From positions 105,682 through 169,681 of the forward strand of contig CAVXWP010000010.1 of NCBI GenBank assembly GCA_963765495.1: a stretch of DNA of 64,000 bases. The letters run 5' to 3'. A program made the translations under genes and the position numbers. The notes under the pieces are model-generated. The model was not told where the DNA came from. It did not search any database and worked only from the letters and a program-made list of their open reading frames with translations. Positions 30,770 to 39,800 of this stretch are shown here, in pieces. The first letter of the stretch is position 1; each line of letters starts with the position of its first letter. The stretch comes from Blastocatellia bacterium. Lineage in GTDB: Bacteria; Acidobacteriota; Blastocatellia; UBA7656.

Positions 30770-30968
30770 CACTTCGGCAGCCAGACATCCTTCGGAGGGA
30801 TGAGGGATGAAAAAGACTCTAAAGACACGAGCCAGTAAATGGGCTGAACCAATTACTGGAATGTTTCCCCAGAGTCCTATTCATCCCTCATCCCTCATCC
30901 CTCATCCCTCCGAAGGCCTTGGCTTTGCGACCCAGGATCACTCCTGGTGTGCCTTTATCGGTGAAATG
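30770..30968 (-). ncRNA. c-di-GMP-I (GEMM) riboswitch with greatly extended P3
   Basis: Minus strand CGATAAAGGCACACC-AGGA-GTGA-TCCT-GGGTCGCAAAGCCA...[~128-nt hairpin]...GATGTCTGGCTGCCGAAGTG; GNRA loop on P2; G20/A47/C92 equivalents present; lies in the leader of the beta-helix/PKD gene. Confidence 0.8.
30789..30916. repeat. Heptamer (AGGGATG/CATCCCT) inverted-repeat element inside the riboswitch P3
   Basis: Perfect 22-bp inverted repeat CCTTCGGAGGGATGAGGGATGA (30789-30810) / TCATCCCTCATCCCTCCGAAGG (30895-30916), plus inner stems GACTCT/AGAGTC and CCAGTAA/TTACTGG. Confidence 0.85.
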
Positions 30969-31461
30969 TTGTCGCAGACGCGACTATGGAAAGTCGGCTG
31001 CCCGCGATATGGCCGGATTAGTAACAGAGTGTGAAAAGTTGTTCCGTCGCGCAAAACAGGGTCGCCGGTTCCCTTCCCAATCCCTCAAATCAATCCGGTC
31101 ATTCAAATCACACGGCATCAGTCTTTTATTAACCCGGCATCAAAGGCGCGTCGGTTTCGCCCAATTATTCGCGCCTCAACCTGCCAGAATAGACTGCCCG
31201 CACCCTTTATACTGGCAACTGGCGTTCCGTGGCGCGCTTCTAAATTAAACCGGTACTTAAGGGAAAACTTGAGGTGTCGAGTGTAGAGGTTTTCGTCTTT
31301 CGGTCAGAATGACCGGGGGAAAATTCTACGCCTGCCGGGGCTTGAATGACAGGTAGATGGCGGCGCAAGTTTTCACTCTGACGTGACGAGCAGGTTTGAA
31401 AGTGTATAATTAAGTTCTGTGGATTGATGAGCCGCAAACCCGTTTCCCATAAGGAGGCAAG

Positions 31462-32028
31462 ATGGCAAAAGCCGAGTCCAGCTCAAAAAAAGGCGCAAAC
31501 AAAAAATCAGCAGCCAAGAAGAGCCCTGCTAAAATGAGCGCCGCCAAAAATGAGGCCAAGGTTCCTGCGGCGGAAGAGACCGCCACACTCGAAGGGTCGC
31601 ATTTACCAGCCACTCACGGAAAAATAGGCGTATTCGGTGGCCCCAGAGATCGCGGCATCAAACCCGAAGACAAACTTGCTTTGCCTACGGGAAAACATTT
31701 CGTCTTCGAGCGCGTCCGCAGCCTGAATCCGAAAAGCTTTTACTGCGCGATGCGCTGGGATTATCACATTCAGGGCATGAGCCCCGAAGAAGGCAAGCGT
31801 TGGTGGGCCAACAAAAAGCTTGTCGTCACAAATCCTGAAAACGGCGTTTCGGTAATCGTGCGCGCCGTTGATTACGGGCCGCACGAAAATACTGGGCTCG
31901 ACATAGGCGTGTCACCCGCCGCAGCCGAGGCTCTGGGAGTGGAAGTGGGCAATGAAGTCGATGTGGCTTTCGCGGATCAAAAAGCGCCCACCGGTCTCGT
32001 AACAAAGAAAGACGCCGAGGAAGAATAA
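31462..32028 (+). CDS. RlpA-like double-psi beta-barrel protein with Lys/Ala-rich N-terminus
   Basis: RBS AAGGAGG; LVVTNPENGVSVIVRAVDYGPHENTGLDIGVSPAAAEALG resembles the RlpA/DPBB motif; no signal peptide. Confidence 0.65.
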   Translation: MAKAESSSKKGANKKSAAKKSPAKMSAAKNEAKVPAAEETATLEGSHLPATHGKIGVFGGPRDRGIKPEDKLALPTGKHFVFERVRSLNPKSFYCAMRWDYHIQGMSPEEGKRWWANKKLVVTNPENGVSVIVRAVDYGPHENTGLDIGVSPAAAEALGVEVGNEVDVAFADQKAPTGLVTKKDAEEE

Positions 32029-32054
32029 TCAGATCAGATTTTTGGGTTCAATAA

Positions 32055-33251
32055 ATGATTCGTTATCCCGCATTCGATCCGCCGGAATATGTAGACTGGC
32101 AACCAGACCCCGATGTGGTCGGGGAATTTCGCCGGACAATCGAAAAGGACTCCGCAAGATGCGAAATCATCTCTTCGCTCAGAGCCAGTCAGTTGATAGT
32201 GCTCTATGAAGGAATGCTTCGCAACCGTCTGCACGACATAGCGCTCAAGCGATGGGTCAAGCAGGGCGTGATTTCGAAAGCCTGGCTTGGCACAGGAGAA
32301 GAAGCCGCCACGATAGGCGCGGTCCACGCGCTCAATCGCGACACCACGCCCGGCCACCTGCCGACGGATTTCGTAGCGCCGATGATCCGCAACGCCGGAG
32401 CCTGTCACGAGATGGGTATGACGATTTCCGACATGCTGCGCGGCTATCTCGGAACCGAGGACTCGCCTACGAGGGGACGCGATCTTCACATAGGCGATTT
32501 CGAGCGAGGCGTGCTTGCGCCGATCTCTCACGTGGGCGATGTGATGGCCGTCACGGCAGGCGTGGCTCTGGCTTTCAAGATGAGACACGAGCCTCGCTTG
32601 GCGCTCACGTGGATAGGCGACGGGTCTACGAAGGCGGGGGTCTTTCACGAAGCGATGAATCTGGCCGCCGTCCAGCGATTGCCTTTGATCGTCATCATCC
32701 AGAACAATCAGGTAGCTCTGGGCACCCGGCTCGACCAGCATCATCGCGCCTCGTTTCTGAAATGGCCCGACGCATACGGGGTCGAAGGCGGGGCGATGGA
32801 TGGAAACAACGTGCTGGATGTTTACGCGGCGGTGCGGATTGCGGCTGATCTCTGCCGCGAAGGCCGAGGCCCCTGCCTGCTCGTCGCAGAGACCTTCAGG
32901 ATGGGCGGGCACGCCACGCACGATGAGCGCGAGGCGCGGGAGACTTTCTCAAATGAGTTGTTTGCCCGGTGGGGAAAGCGCGATCCCGTAGGCATGTTTG
33001 AAACCTATTTGATCGAAGGCGCGCTCGACCTTGAAACCGGCCATCGCTCAGAGACAACCGATGACCTACGCAAACGCAACAAAGAAGCATTGAAATTGAT
33101 AGAAGAGCGCGTGATAGCCGAAGTAGACCGCGCCACCGAAGAAGCGCTCGTAAGTTTACGGACCCGAATGCCCAAACCGGCTTCAGCCGCCGAAGGCGTT
33201 TATTCCGAAAACCCGGACGCCAGATTACTGGCAGAAATTTCGAAATTATGA
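32055..33251 (+). CDS. TPP-dependent 2-oxoacid dehydrogenase E1 alpha subunit
   Basis: WIGDGSTKAGVFHEAMNLAAV...IQNNQ TPP motif; TFRMGGHATHD. Confidence 0.9.
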   Translation: MIRYPAFDPPEYVDWQPDPDVVGEFRRTIEKDSARCEIISSLRASQLIVLYEGMLRNRLHDIALKRWVKQGVISKAWLGTGEEAATIGAVHALNRDTTPGHLPTDFVAPMIRNAGACHEMGMTISDMLRGYLGTEDSPTRGRDLHIGDFERGVLAPISHVGDVMAVTAGVALAFKMRHEPRLALTWIGDGSTKAGVFHEAMNLAAVQRLPLIVIIQNNQVALGTRLDQHHRASFLKWPDAYGVEGGAMDGNNVLDVYAAVRIAADLCREGRGPCLLVAETFRMGGHATHDEREARETFSNELFARWGKRDPVGMFETYLIEGALDLETGHRSETTDDLRKRNKEALKLIEERVIAEVDRATEEALVSLRTRMPKPASAAEGVYSENPDARLLAEISKL

Positions 33252-34015
33252 AACTGATAGTAGTAAGTCTGATCCTGTCGCTGTGCCTGGCTTCGACCGG
33301 CGCGGCGCAAAAGAGCAAGAAAAAACGCCGGACCACTCGCCCGCGCCCTGCGCCTGAAAAGAAGGTCCAGCCCCCGATAATCGGCTCGCAGATTATGATC
33401 ATCACCAAAAATGGAGATCAAATCAAAGGCGAGCTTCTGGACCTTACGGCCTACAGCGTGCGAATTCGCGCGAACAATCTTGAATCCACGCACGCGCTCG
33501 ACACAATCGCGGCCCTTTCGTTCGATTCAGCATCGGTTCCTAATGCCAAGTCCGGCCAGAGCGACTCTCGGATGCATCCCGATTTTGGCCGGGACCTTCA
33601 AGAATCGCTCAAGGCATTTCAATCAACCGTGGACCAGTTGAAAACAGGAACGGATTACGCGGCTTATGGAAGATTGCTCACGGATTTTCGCCGTTCGGGC
33701 GAGCGGTTTATAGACAAATACAGCGCATCCGAAAACTCGACCGAGGCGCGGGCCGTGGCGCTTTTTTCGGGCGCGCTCACGGATTATTCCTGGGCGCGAA
33801 CCGTCTGGACGCTCAAGTTCGGACGCAAAAGCGACGGTACGGTCAGCGAGGCCGATTCGCCCGCCGTCTCTGACGCGCTTGCGGTTTATCCCGATCTGCG
33901 CGCGCAAGCCGCAAGCGGCAGCAGGTTTTCAGGCGATAAGATAATCTCCAGTCTCTGGGCCAGAGCAGCCGACAAAGCCGCGAGCATCCGCGAATTGATG
34001 GATGGGCAAAGGTGA
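33248..34015 (+). CDS. Secreted hypothetical protein
   Basis: Signal peptide, basic linker, 255 aa; start overlaps the E1 alpha stop. Confidence 0.75.
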   Translation: MKLIVVSLILSLCLASTGAAQKSKKKRRTTRPRPAPEKKVQPPIIGSQIMIITKNGDQIKGELLDLTAYSVRIRANNLESTHALDTIAALSFDSASVPNAKSGQSDSRMHPDFGRDLQESLKAFQSTVDQLKTGTDYAAYGRLLTDFRRSGERFIDKYSASENSTEARAVALFSGALTDYSWARTVWTLKFGRKSDGTVSEADSPAVSDALAVYPDLRAQAASGSRFSGDKIISSLWARAADKAASIRELMDGQR

Positions 34016-34042
34016 GTAAAAAAAGAGCAGAGGTGGGTTAAG

Positions 34043-35224
34043 ATGAGAGACGTATTTCTGGTTTCATCTGTGAGAACACCTATCGGCAGGTTTGGCGGCA
34101 CATTGAAGGATTTGAGCGCGGCCGATCTTGCCGTCCCCGTAGTTGAAGAGAGCCTCAAGCGCGCGGGGCTCAGTCCCGAAATCATCGACGAAGTGATCAT
34201 AGGCAATGCGCGACAGGCTGGTGGAGGCCCGAACGTAGCGCGCCAGATAAGCTATCGCGCCCGCATCCCAGAGATCGTCCCCGCCTACACGGTGAACAAA
34301 GCCTGCGGGTCGGGGTTAAAGGCTATCCTGCTTGCGGCTCAAGAGATAATGCTCAACCGGGCCGAGGCGATAGTCGCGGGCGGAACCGAATCAATGAGCC
34401 GCGTGCCGTATCTGGCCGAGGGCGCGCGATGGGGCTTGAGGATGGGCAATGTCGATCTGGTTGACGGGATGTACAGGGACGGCTTTTTTGACCCGCTTTC
34501 AGGGCAGGTGATGGGAGAAACCGCCGAAACTCTCGCCCGTGAGTATGAAATCTCTCGCCAGGAACAGGATCAGTACGCCCTGCGTTCGCAGCATCGCGCA
34601 GAGGCTGCCACCCGCCAGGGAAGGCTTCGCGCCGAAGTGTTTCCGCTCACGATCAAGGACCGTAAAGGCAACGACGTAGAGTTCTCAACCGACGAGCACA
34701 TCCGCAACAACTCGACGCTCGAATCTATGCAAAAACTGCCTCCCGTCTTTGCTTCGGACGGGACGGTCACGGCTGGCAATTCGTCTGGAATCACAGACGG
34801 CGCAGCGGCGATGCTTGTGGTATCGGAAGATTTCGTCAAGGCGCACGGCGTACAACCACAGGCCCGGCTGGTCGATTACGAGATTGCGGGCGTTGATCCT
34901 CGCGTGATGGGGATCGGGCCCGTACCGGCAATTCGGCGGCTTCTCGAACGCCGCAAATTGTCGCTTTCAGAGATTGATCTTATAGAGCTTAACGAAGCCT
35001 TTGCGGCACAGGTGCTGGCCTGCGACCGCGAACTTCATTTCGATCACGACCGGCTGAATGTAAACGGCGGGGCAATAGCCCTGGGCCATCCGATAGGCTG
35101 CACCGGAGCGCGCATAACCACGACTTTGCTGCACGAGCTTGAGCGCAGCAAGGCGAGGCTCGGACTTGCTACGCTCTGCATATCGGGAGGGATGGGAATA
35201 GCCGCGCTTGTCGAGCGCGTGTGA
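34043..35224 (+). CDS. Thiolase (acetyl-CoA C-acyltransferase)
   Basis: [34 protein letters not shown]. Confidence 0.96.
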   Translation: MRDVFLVSSVRTPIGRFGGTLKDLSAADLAVPVVEESLKRAGLSPEIIDEVIIGNARQAGGGPNVARQISYRARIPEIVPAYTVNKACGSGLKAILLAAQEIMLNRAEAIVAGGTESMSRVPYLAEGARWGLRMGNVDLVDGMYRDGFFDPLSGQVMGETAETLAREYEISRQEQDQYALRSQHRAEAATRQGRLRAEVFPLTIKDRKGNDVEFSTDEHIRNNSTLESMQKLPPVFASDGTVTAGNSSGITDGAAAMLVVSEDFVKAHGVQPQARLVDYEIAGVDPRVMGIGPVPAIRRLLERRKLSLSEIDLIELNEAFAAQVLACDRELHFDHDRLNVNGGAIALGHPIGCTGARITTTLLHELERSKARLGLATLCISGGMGIAALVERV

Positions 35225-35525
35225 ACGATCCGATAAACAGACAAGTGAGTCAGGGCCATTCGAATATTTATCCGCTCAATTCTTTTCTTGTGCTGCTTGC
35301 CTTTTTTTATACTTTAAGCTACATTCTCGCCAAATCCCGCGCTGGCTTCAAAAACGAGCGCGGGCTCTTAAGGTCAGCCATTTAGAGACGAACCCGGGCG
35401 AGCAATATTTTGGCGAGTAACTTTTTAGCCTGGAAGTATATTCGCAAAACTATTGCCAGCCCGCCCGGTTTCTCTCTCACCAGTTCAAGGCCCGCGACTT
35501 AATAGAGTTGAGAGGTGGTGCCGCC

Positions 35526-36863
35526 ATGAGCAGCTACGTTGGGAAGAATTACTGGGTATTTCTTAGTTATGCCAGACGAGACGCCAAGGGGCTTGAGGGC
35601 AAAGAGAATCCGTTTTTCGAGCGGTTTTACAAAGACCTGGCGTCTGAGATCGGCAAGGTTGCCGCAATACCGGCTTCTATTCCCGAGAAGGATATTCAGT
35701 TTTATGACCGCGAAGATATAGAAATTGGTGCCGACTGGAGCAAGACTCTTTATGATGCGCTACAATCGAGCAAGGTGTTTGTATGTCTCTTTTCGCCGAG
35801 TTACTTCAAGAGCGAATATTGCGGCAAAGAGTTTCAGGTCTTTAATGAGCGCGTGAAGAAATATAAAGCCGCCCTGTCTCAAAACGTCAGGGAACCCGAG
35901 TTGATTATTCCTGTCTTGTGGGAGAATCCAAACAGGTTTCTTGAACCATTGCCCGAGGCCGTATCCGGCATTCAATACGCGGATAAGAATCTCGGTCTGG
36001 GTTACTCCAATATAGGTGTTTCCCAGATGCTCAGGCTCCAAAAAGAGGTGGATTATCAAGAATTCCTGATAAATCTGGCGGATAAAATCTACAAAGAGGC
36101 CCAGTTTCATCCGATGCCGCCGGAGCCTTCCATCAAGCCTTTGAAAGATGTAAAGAGCGCGTTCCACGTCCCTCCGACCCCGGCCGTTGTGGCGGGAGCG
36201 GTTCCCGGTGCTAAAGGGCCGAGCATAGCGTGGTTTATCTATGCCGCGGGAGGCAAAGCGGATTACAACAACATAAGGCAACAGCAATCGCAGATTTTCT
36301 ACGGCAATTCCGGGCTGGAGTGGCAGCCCTACTATCCAACCGATCCGAACATCATCCATTACATTGCCGCTACTGTCGCAACGACGAAAGGGCTTGCGCC
36401 GATACCCCTGGCCGTAAGCAACAGCCTGATAGATCAACTTGAAGAGGCCGAAGACAACAACACGATTGCCGTCATAATAATCGATCCGTGGAGCATAAAA
36501 TTGCCCGCGTTTGAACAGCCGCTGAAACAATTTGACAGGACTCGTCTGTCCAATTGTGGAGTTATCATAGTCTGGAACGAGAACGATCAGGAAACCAAGA
36601 CCGCGCGCACCGCCCTTGAAACGCTTTTGCAAAAGACGTTTTCTCGCAACTACATCTCGAAAGATATCTTATTTCAACCCTCAATCAGTTCCGAAACAGA
36701 GTTGCGCACCAAACTCGGCGAGGCGATTGAGGAAGTCAGAAAGAAGATAGAAGAACGAGGCAAATATCTGCGCGGGGAGTCCGGCGCAGCAAATGACCCC
36801 TTTCCGAAACTCCCGACAGCAAACTCCACTCCCTCCCCAACCACCCCGACCGGAGGCGTATAA
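35526..36863 (+). CDS. fxsC: FxsC-like protein: N-terminal TIR domain plus FxsC C-terminal domain
   Basis: VFLSYARRD...FYDREDIEIGADW...VFVCLFSPSYFKSEYCGKEF (TIR with conserved Glu); C-terminal half FIYAAG...FYG...WQPYYP...IIIDPWS...IIVWN resembles the FxsC C-domain. Family recognised from memory. Confidence 0.75.
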   Translation: MSSYVGKNYWVFLSYARRDAKGLEGKENPFFERFYKDLASEIGKVAAIPASIPEKDIQFYDREDIEIGADWSKTLYDALQSSKVFVCLFSPSYFKSEYCGKEFQVFNERVKKYKAALSQNVREPELIIPVLWENPNRFLEPLPEAVSGIQYADKNLGLGYSNIGVSQMLRLQKEVDYQEFLINLADKIYKEAQFHPMPPEPSIKPLKDVKSAFHVPPTPAVVAGAVPGAKGPSIAWFIYAAGGKADYNNIRQQQSQIFYGNSGLEWQPYYPTDPNIIHYIAATVATTKGLAPIPLAVSNSLIDQLEEAEDNNTIAVIIIDPWSIKLPAFEQPLKQFDRTRLSNCGVIIVWNENDQETKTARTALETLLQKTFSRNYISKDILFQPSISSETELRTKLGEAIEEVRKKIEERGKYLRGESGAANDPFPKLPTANSTPSPTTPTGGV

Positions 36864-39800
36864 TGGACGCAAATGAATTCTCAGACACCGCGCAAGAGGA
36901 GAACAGGAACGGAAAGATAATCACCTTCTACTCATATAAAGGCGGCACGGGGCGCTCGATGATCCTGGCAAACGTGGCCTGGGTGATGGCGAGCAGCGGA
37001 AAGAGAGTGCTCACCATAGATTGGGATTTGGAAGCGCCGGGGCTCCATCGTTACTTCTACCCGTTTCTTCTCGATAAGGATTTGAACTCCTCGGAAGGGG
37101 TCATAAATTTCTTCCACATCTATAAGATGAGAGCATTGACCCCACCCGCATCAGGTGCGGCAACGGGTGAAAACTGGCATCAGGAATATGCCGATATCAG
37201 ACAGTATGCCGTATCGCTCGATTGGAAATTCCCTCAAGGAGGCCGTCTCGATTTCGTGCCTGCGGGCAAACAGGATGAAACATACTCGAATCTCGTAAAC
37301 TCGTTCAACTGGGAAGATTTTTACACGCGCCTCGGTGGGAACAAATATCTGGAAGCGGTCGCGGCGCAGATGAGCAAGAATTACGACTATATACTTATTG
37401 ACAGCCGAACAGGCGTAAGCGACACGTCGGGCATCTGTACGGTCAAGCTGCCTGATGCGCTGGTCGTCTGTTTTACGCTGAATTATCAGAGCATCAACGG
37501 AGCTTCGTCGGTGGCCGATTATGTTTACAAAGCGCGAGGCCCCGCCGCCCTTGAACAGACGCAAACTCCTACCGAGACCAGGAGCAATAGAGTAGAAAAC
37601 GGCAAACCTTTATTCAACATATTTCCGCTGCCGATGCGTCTGGAAGATGCTCAAAAGCGAAAGATGGAACGGCGGCGCGATTATGCGCGGCTCAAGAGAT
37701 TCGCGCCCTATCCCATATATATTCACGAAGGAACGCGAGAAGACTACTGGGCAAGAGTGCCGGTTCAATACGACTCTTACTATGCGTACGAAGAAGTGCT
37801 GGCGGCATTCGGGGAAAAGGAACGAGACATAACCTCTCTTCTCGCTTCGGTCGAACGTATCACAGCGTACCTGACCAATGGTGAGGTTACTTCTCTGTCT
37901 GTTCTCCCCCAGCCGAAACGCGAGGAGATACTCAAGGAATTCGAAGGCGACACATACGAACCGCCTGCCACGGAACCGACAACCAGCAAGGCCGCCGAAA
38001 ACGCGTTTGCCAGCCTCGGACCGGAAGATCAGGATATGGCCCGTAAGGTCATACTACGACTCGTGAGAGTAGCGGGGCCAAACGAGAGCGAACACGTTCG
38101 ACAGGTTGTGAACCTCAATGAATTCGACAGGTCGGAAAAGCCGCTTATAAGGACTTTAGGCAATTTTCAATTGCTCAATAGCTATACAGATAAAAACGCG
38201 GGTGAAGAGGTTGTTCAGATCGCTCAGGATGTCTCTTTGCAGGATTGGAAAGAGTTACAGACGTGGATTGACCACGACCGGGAATTCCTGCTCTGGCTGC
38301 AAAGGTTGCGCTCTCAGGCAACCGAATGGAAGCAGCGCCAAAGAGACGAAAGCCTGCTTCTCGGCGGCGCCCCCCTTCAGGTTGCCAGAGACCGCCTCGC
38401 AGACCGAAGCAAAGATTTGTCGAGCCTCGAAAAAGAGTATATCAATGCCAGCATAGCCTTCGATGAGCGGTTGATGATTGAGAGAGAGAAAGAGAGGCAA
38501 GAGCAGCAGAGGAAGTTGGAGGCGGAACAGATTGCCGCCGCAAACGAGAAACGCAAGAGGTATGAGCAGGAGCAGCAAAGCGGCTGGCTGAAGAATCTGC
38601 TCGAGCGGTTTAATTTTTCGACGCCGCCCGCACCCGAAGAACCGGGTGAGAGCCTTAATATAGTAACGGCCCGACAGGTCCTTCGCGGGACCCGCCTCGG
38701 TCCGGGCGAGATGCTGGCGCTCGCAAAGAGGCTGAAGGAAGAAAAGGCATTCAGTTACGCAAGGCGTGTGCTTGCGAGCGCGCGAGCGAGGGGAGGACTC
38801 GATCAGGACAAGGATCTGAAACTGAAGATATATCAGCAATCGGCCCTCTGCACATACAAGGACACCGATCTCCCCGCCGATAAACGGCTCGATCTCGCGT
38901 TGAAGATATTGCGCGAGGTTGAAGACATTTCCACAACCCGAGATCAGGAAACCCTCGGTCTGGTAGGAGCAATCTATAAGCGCAAATGGGAGGTTGACAA
39001 TCAGAAGCAGCAACTTGAAAGCTCGCTCATGTATTATCAGCGAGGGTATCAGGAAGGCCCCGAAAAAGATCAGGGTTATACCGGCATAAACGCCGCATTC
39101 ATACTCGACCTGCTTGCTTATCAGGAGGAAGAAGAGTCCAGGCGAGCCAACAAAGACTCAGACACCGCTCGCTCGCGCCGCGCCGAGGCTCGTCGCATCC
39201 GCGAGAGCATTGTCCAGAGGGTTGCGCCACTGGCCGGGCAGTCGGGCACCGAGTGGCTGGCTGAAATGTGGTGGTATTACAGCACGGTAGCCGAAGCATT
39301 TTTCGGGCTCAGACGATATGGAGAGGCGGTCCAGTGGTTGAATCGCGGACGCAATGCTATTGGCAACATCCCCGAATGGGAATACGAAGCGACAATCCGC
39401 CAGCTTGTTCATCTCGCTCGCCTGCAAAGCGATACGGATTATTCGAGCAAGGAATTTGAGAACACCGAAGCGTGGCGCGCGCTCCGAGAATTTTTCGGTG
39501 ATGATGTCGCACCCCTGCGCAGCGCATTCCTGGGCAAGATAGGTCTGGCCCTGTCGGGCGGGGGCTTTCGCGCTTCGCTTTTTCACATCGGCGTACTTGC
39601 GCGACTTGCCGACCTCGACCTCTTGCGCCACGTCGAGGTCTTATCCTGCGTATCGGGCGGGGCGATCATCGGAGCGCACTACTATCTTGAAGTGCGGAAA
39701 CTTCTGCAATCAAAACCCGACCGCGAGATCACCCGTGAGGATTACATCGAGATGATCGCGCGCATCAAGGACAGCTTCTTAAGAGGCGTGCAGCGAAACA

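Noticed and set aside
30940-30962. cGAMP-selective (GEMM-Ib) riboswitch variant
   Set aside because: The discriminating position-20 equivalent is G rather than A, which fits c-di-GMP.
35225-35525. Possible FxsA (FxSxx-COOH) precursor peptide upstream of fxsC
   Set aside because: I found no small ORF ending in FxSxx and no radical SAM gene; the 70-aa ORF here looks spurious.
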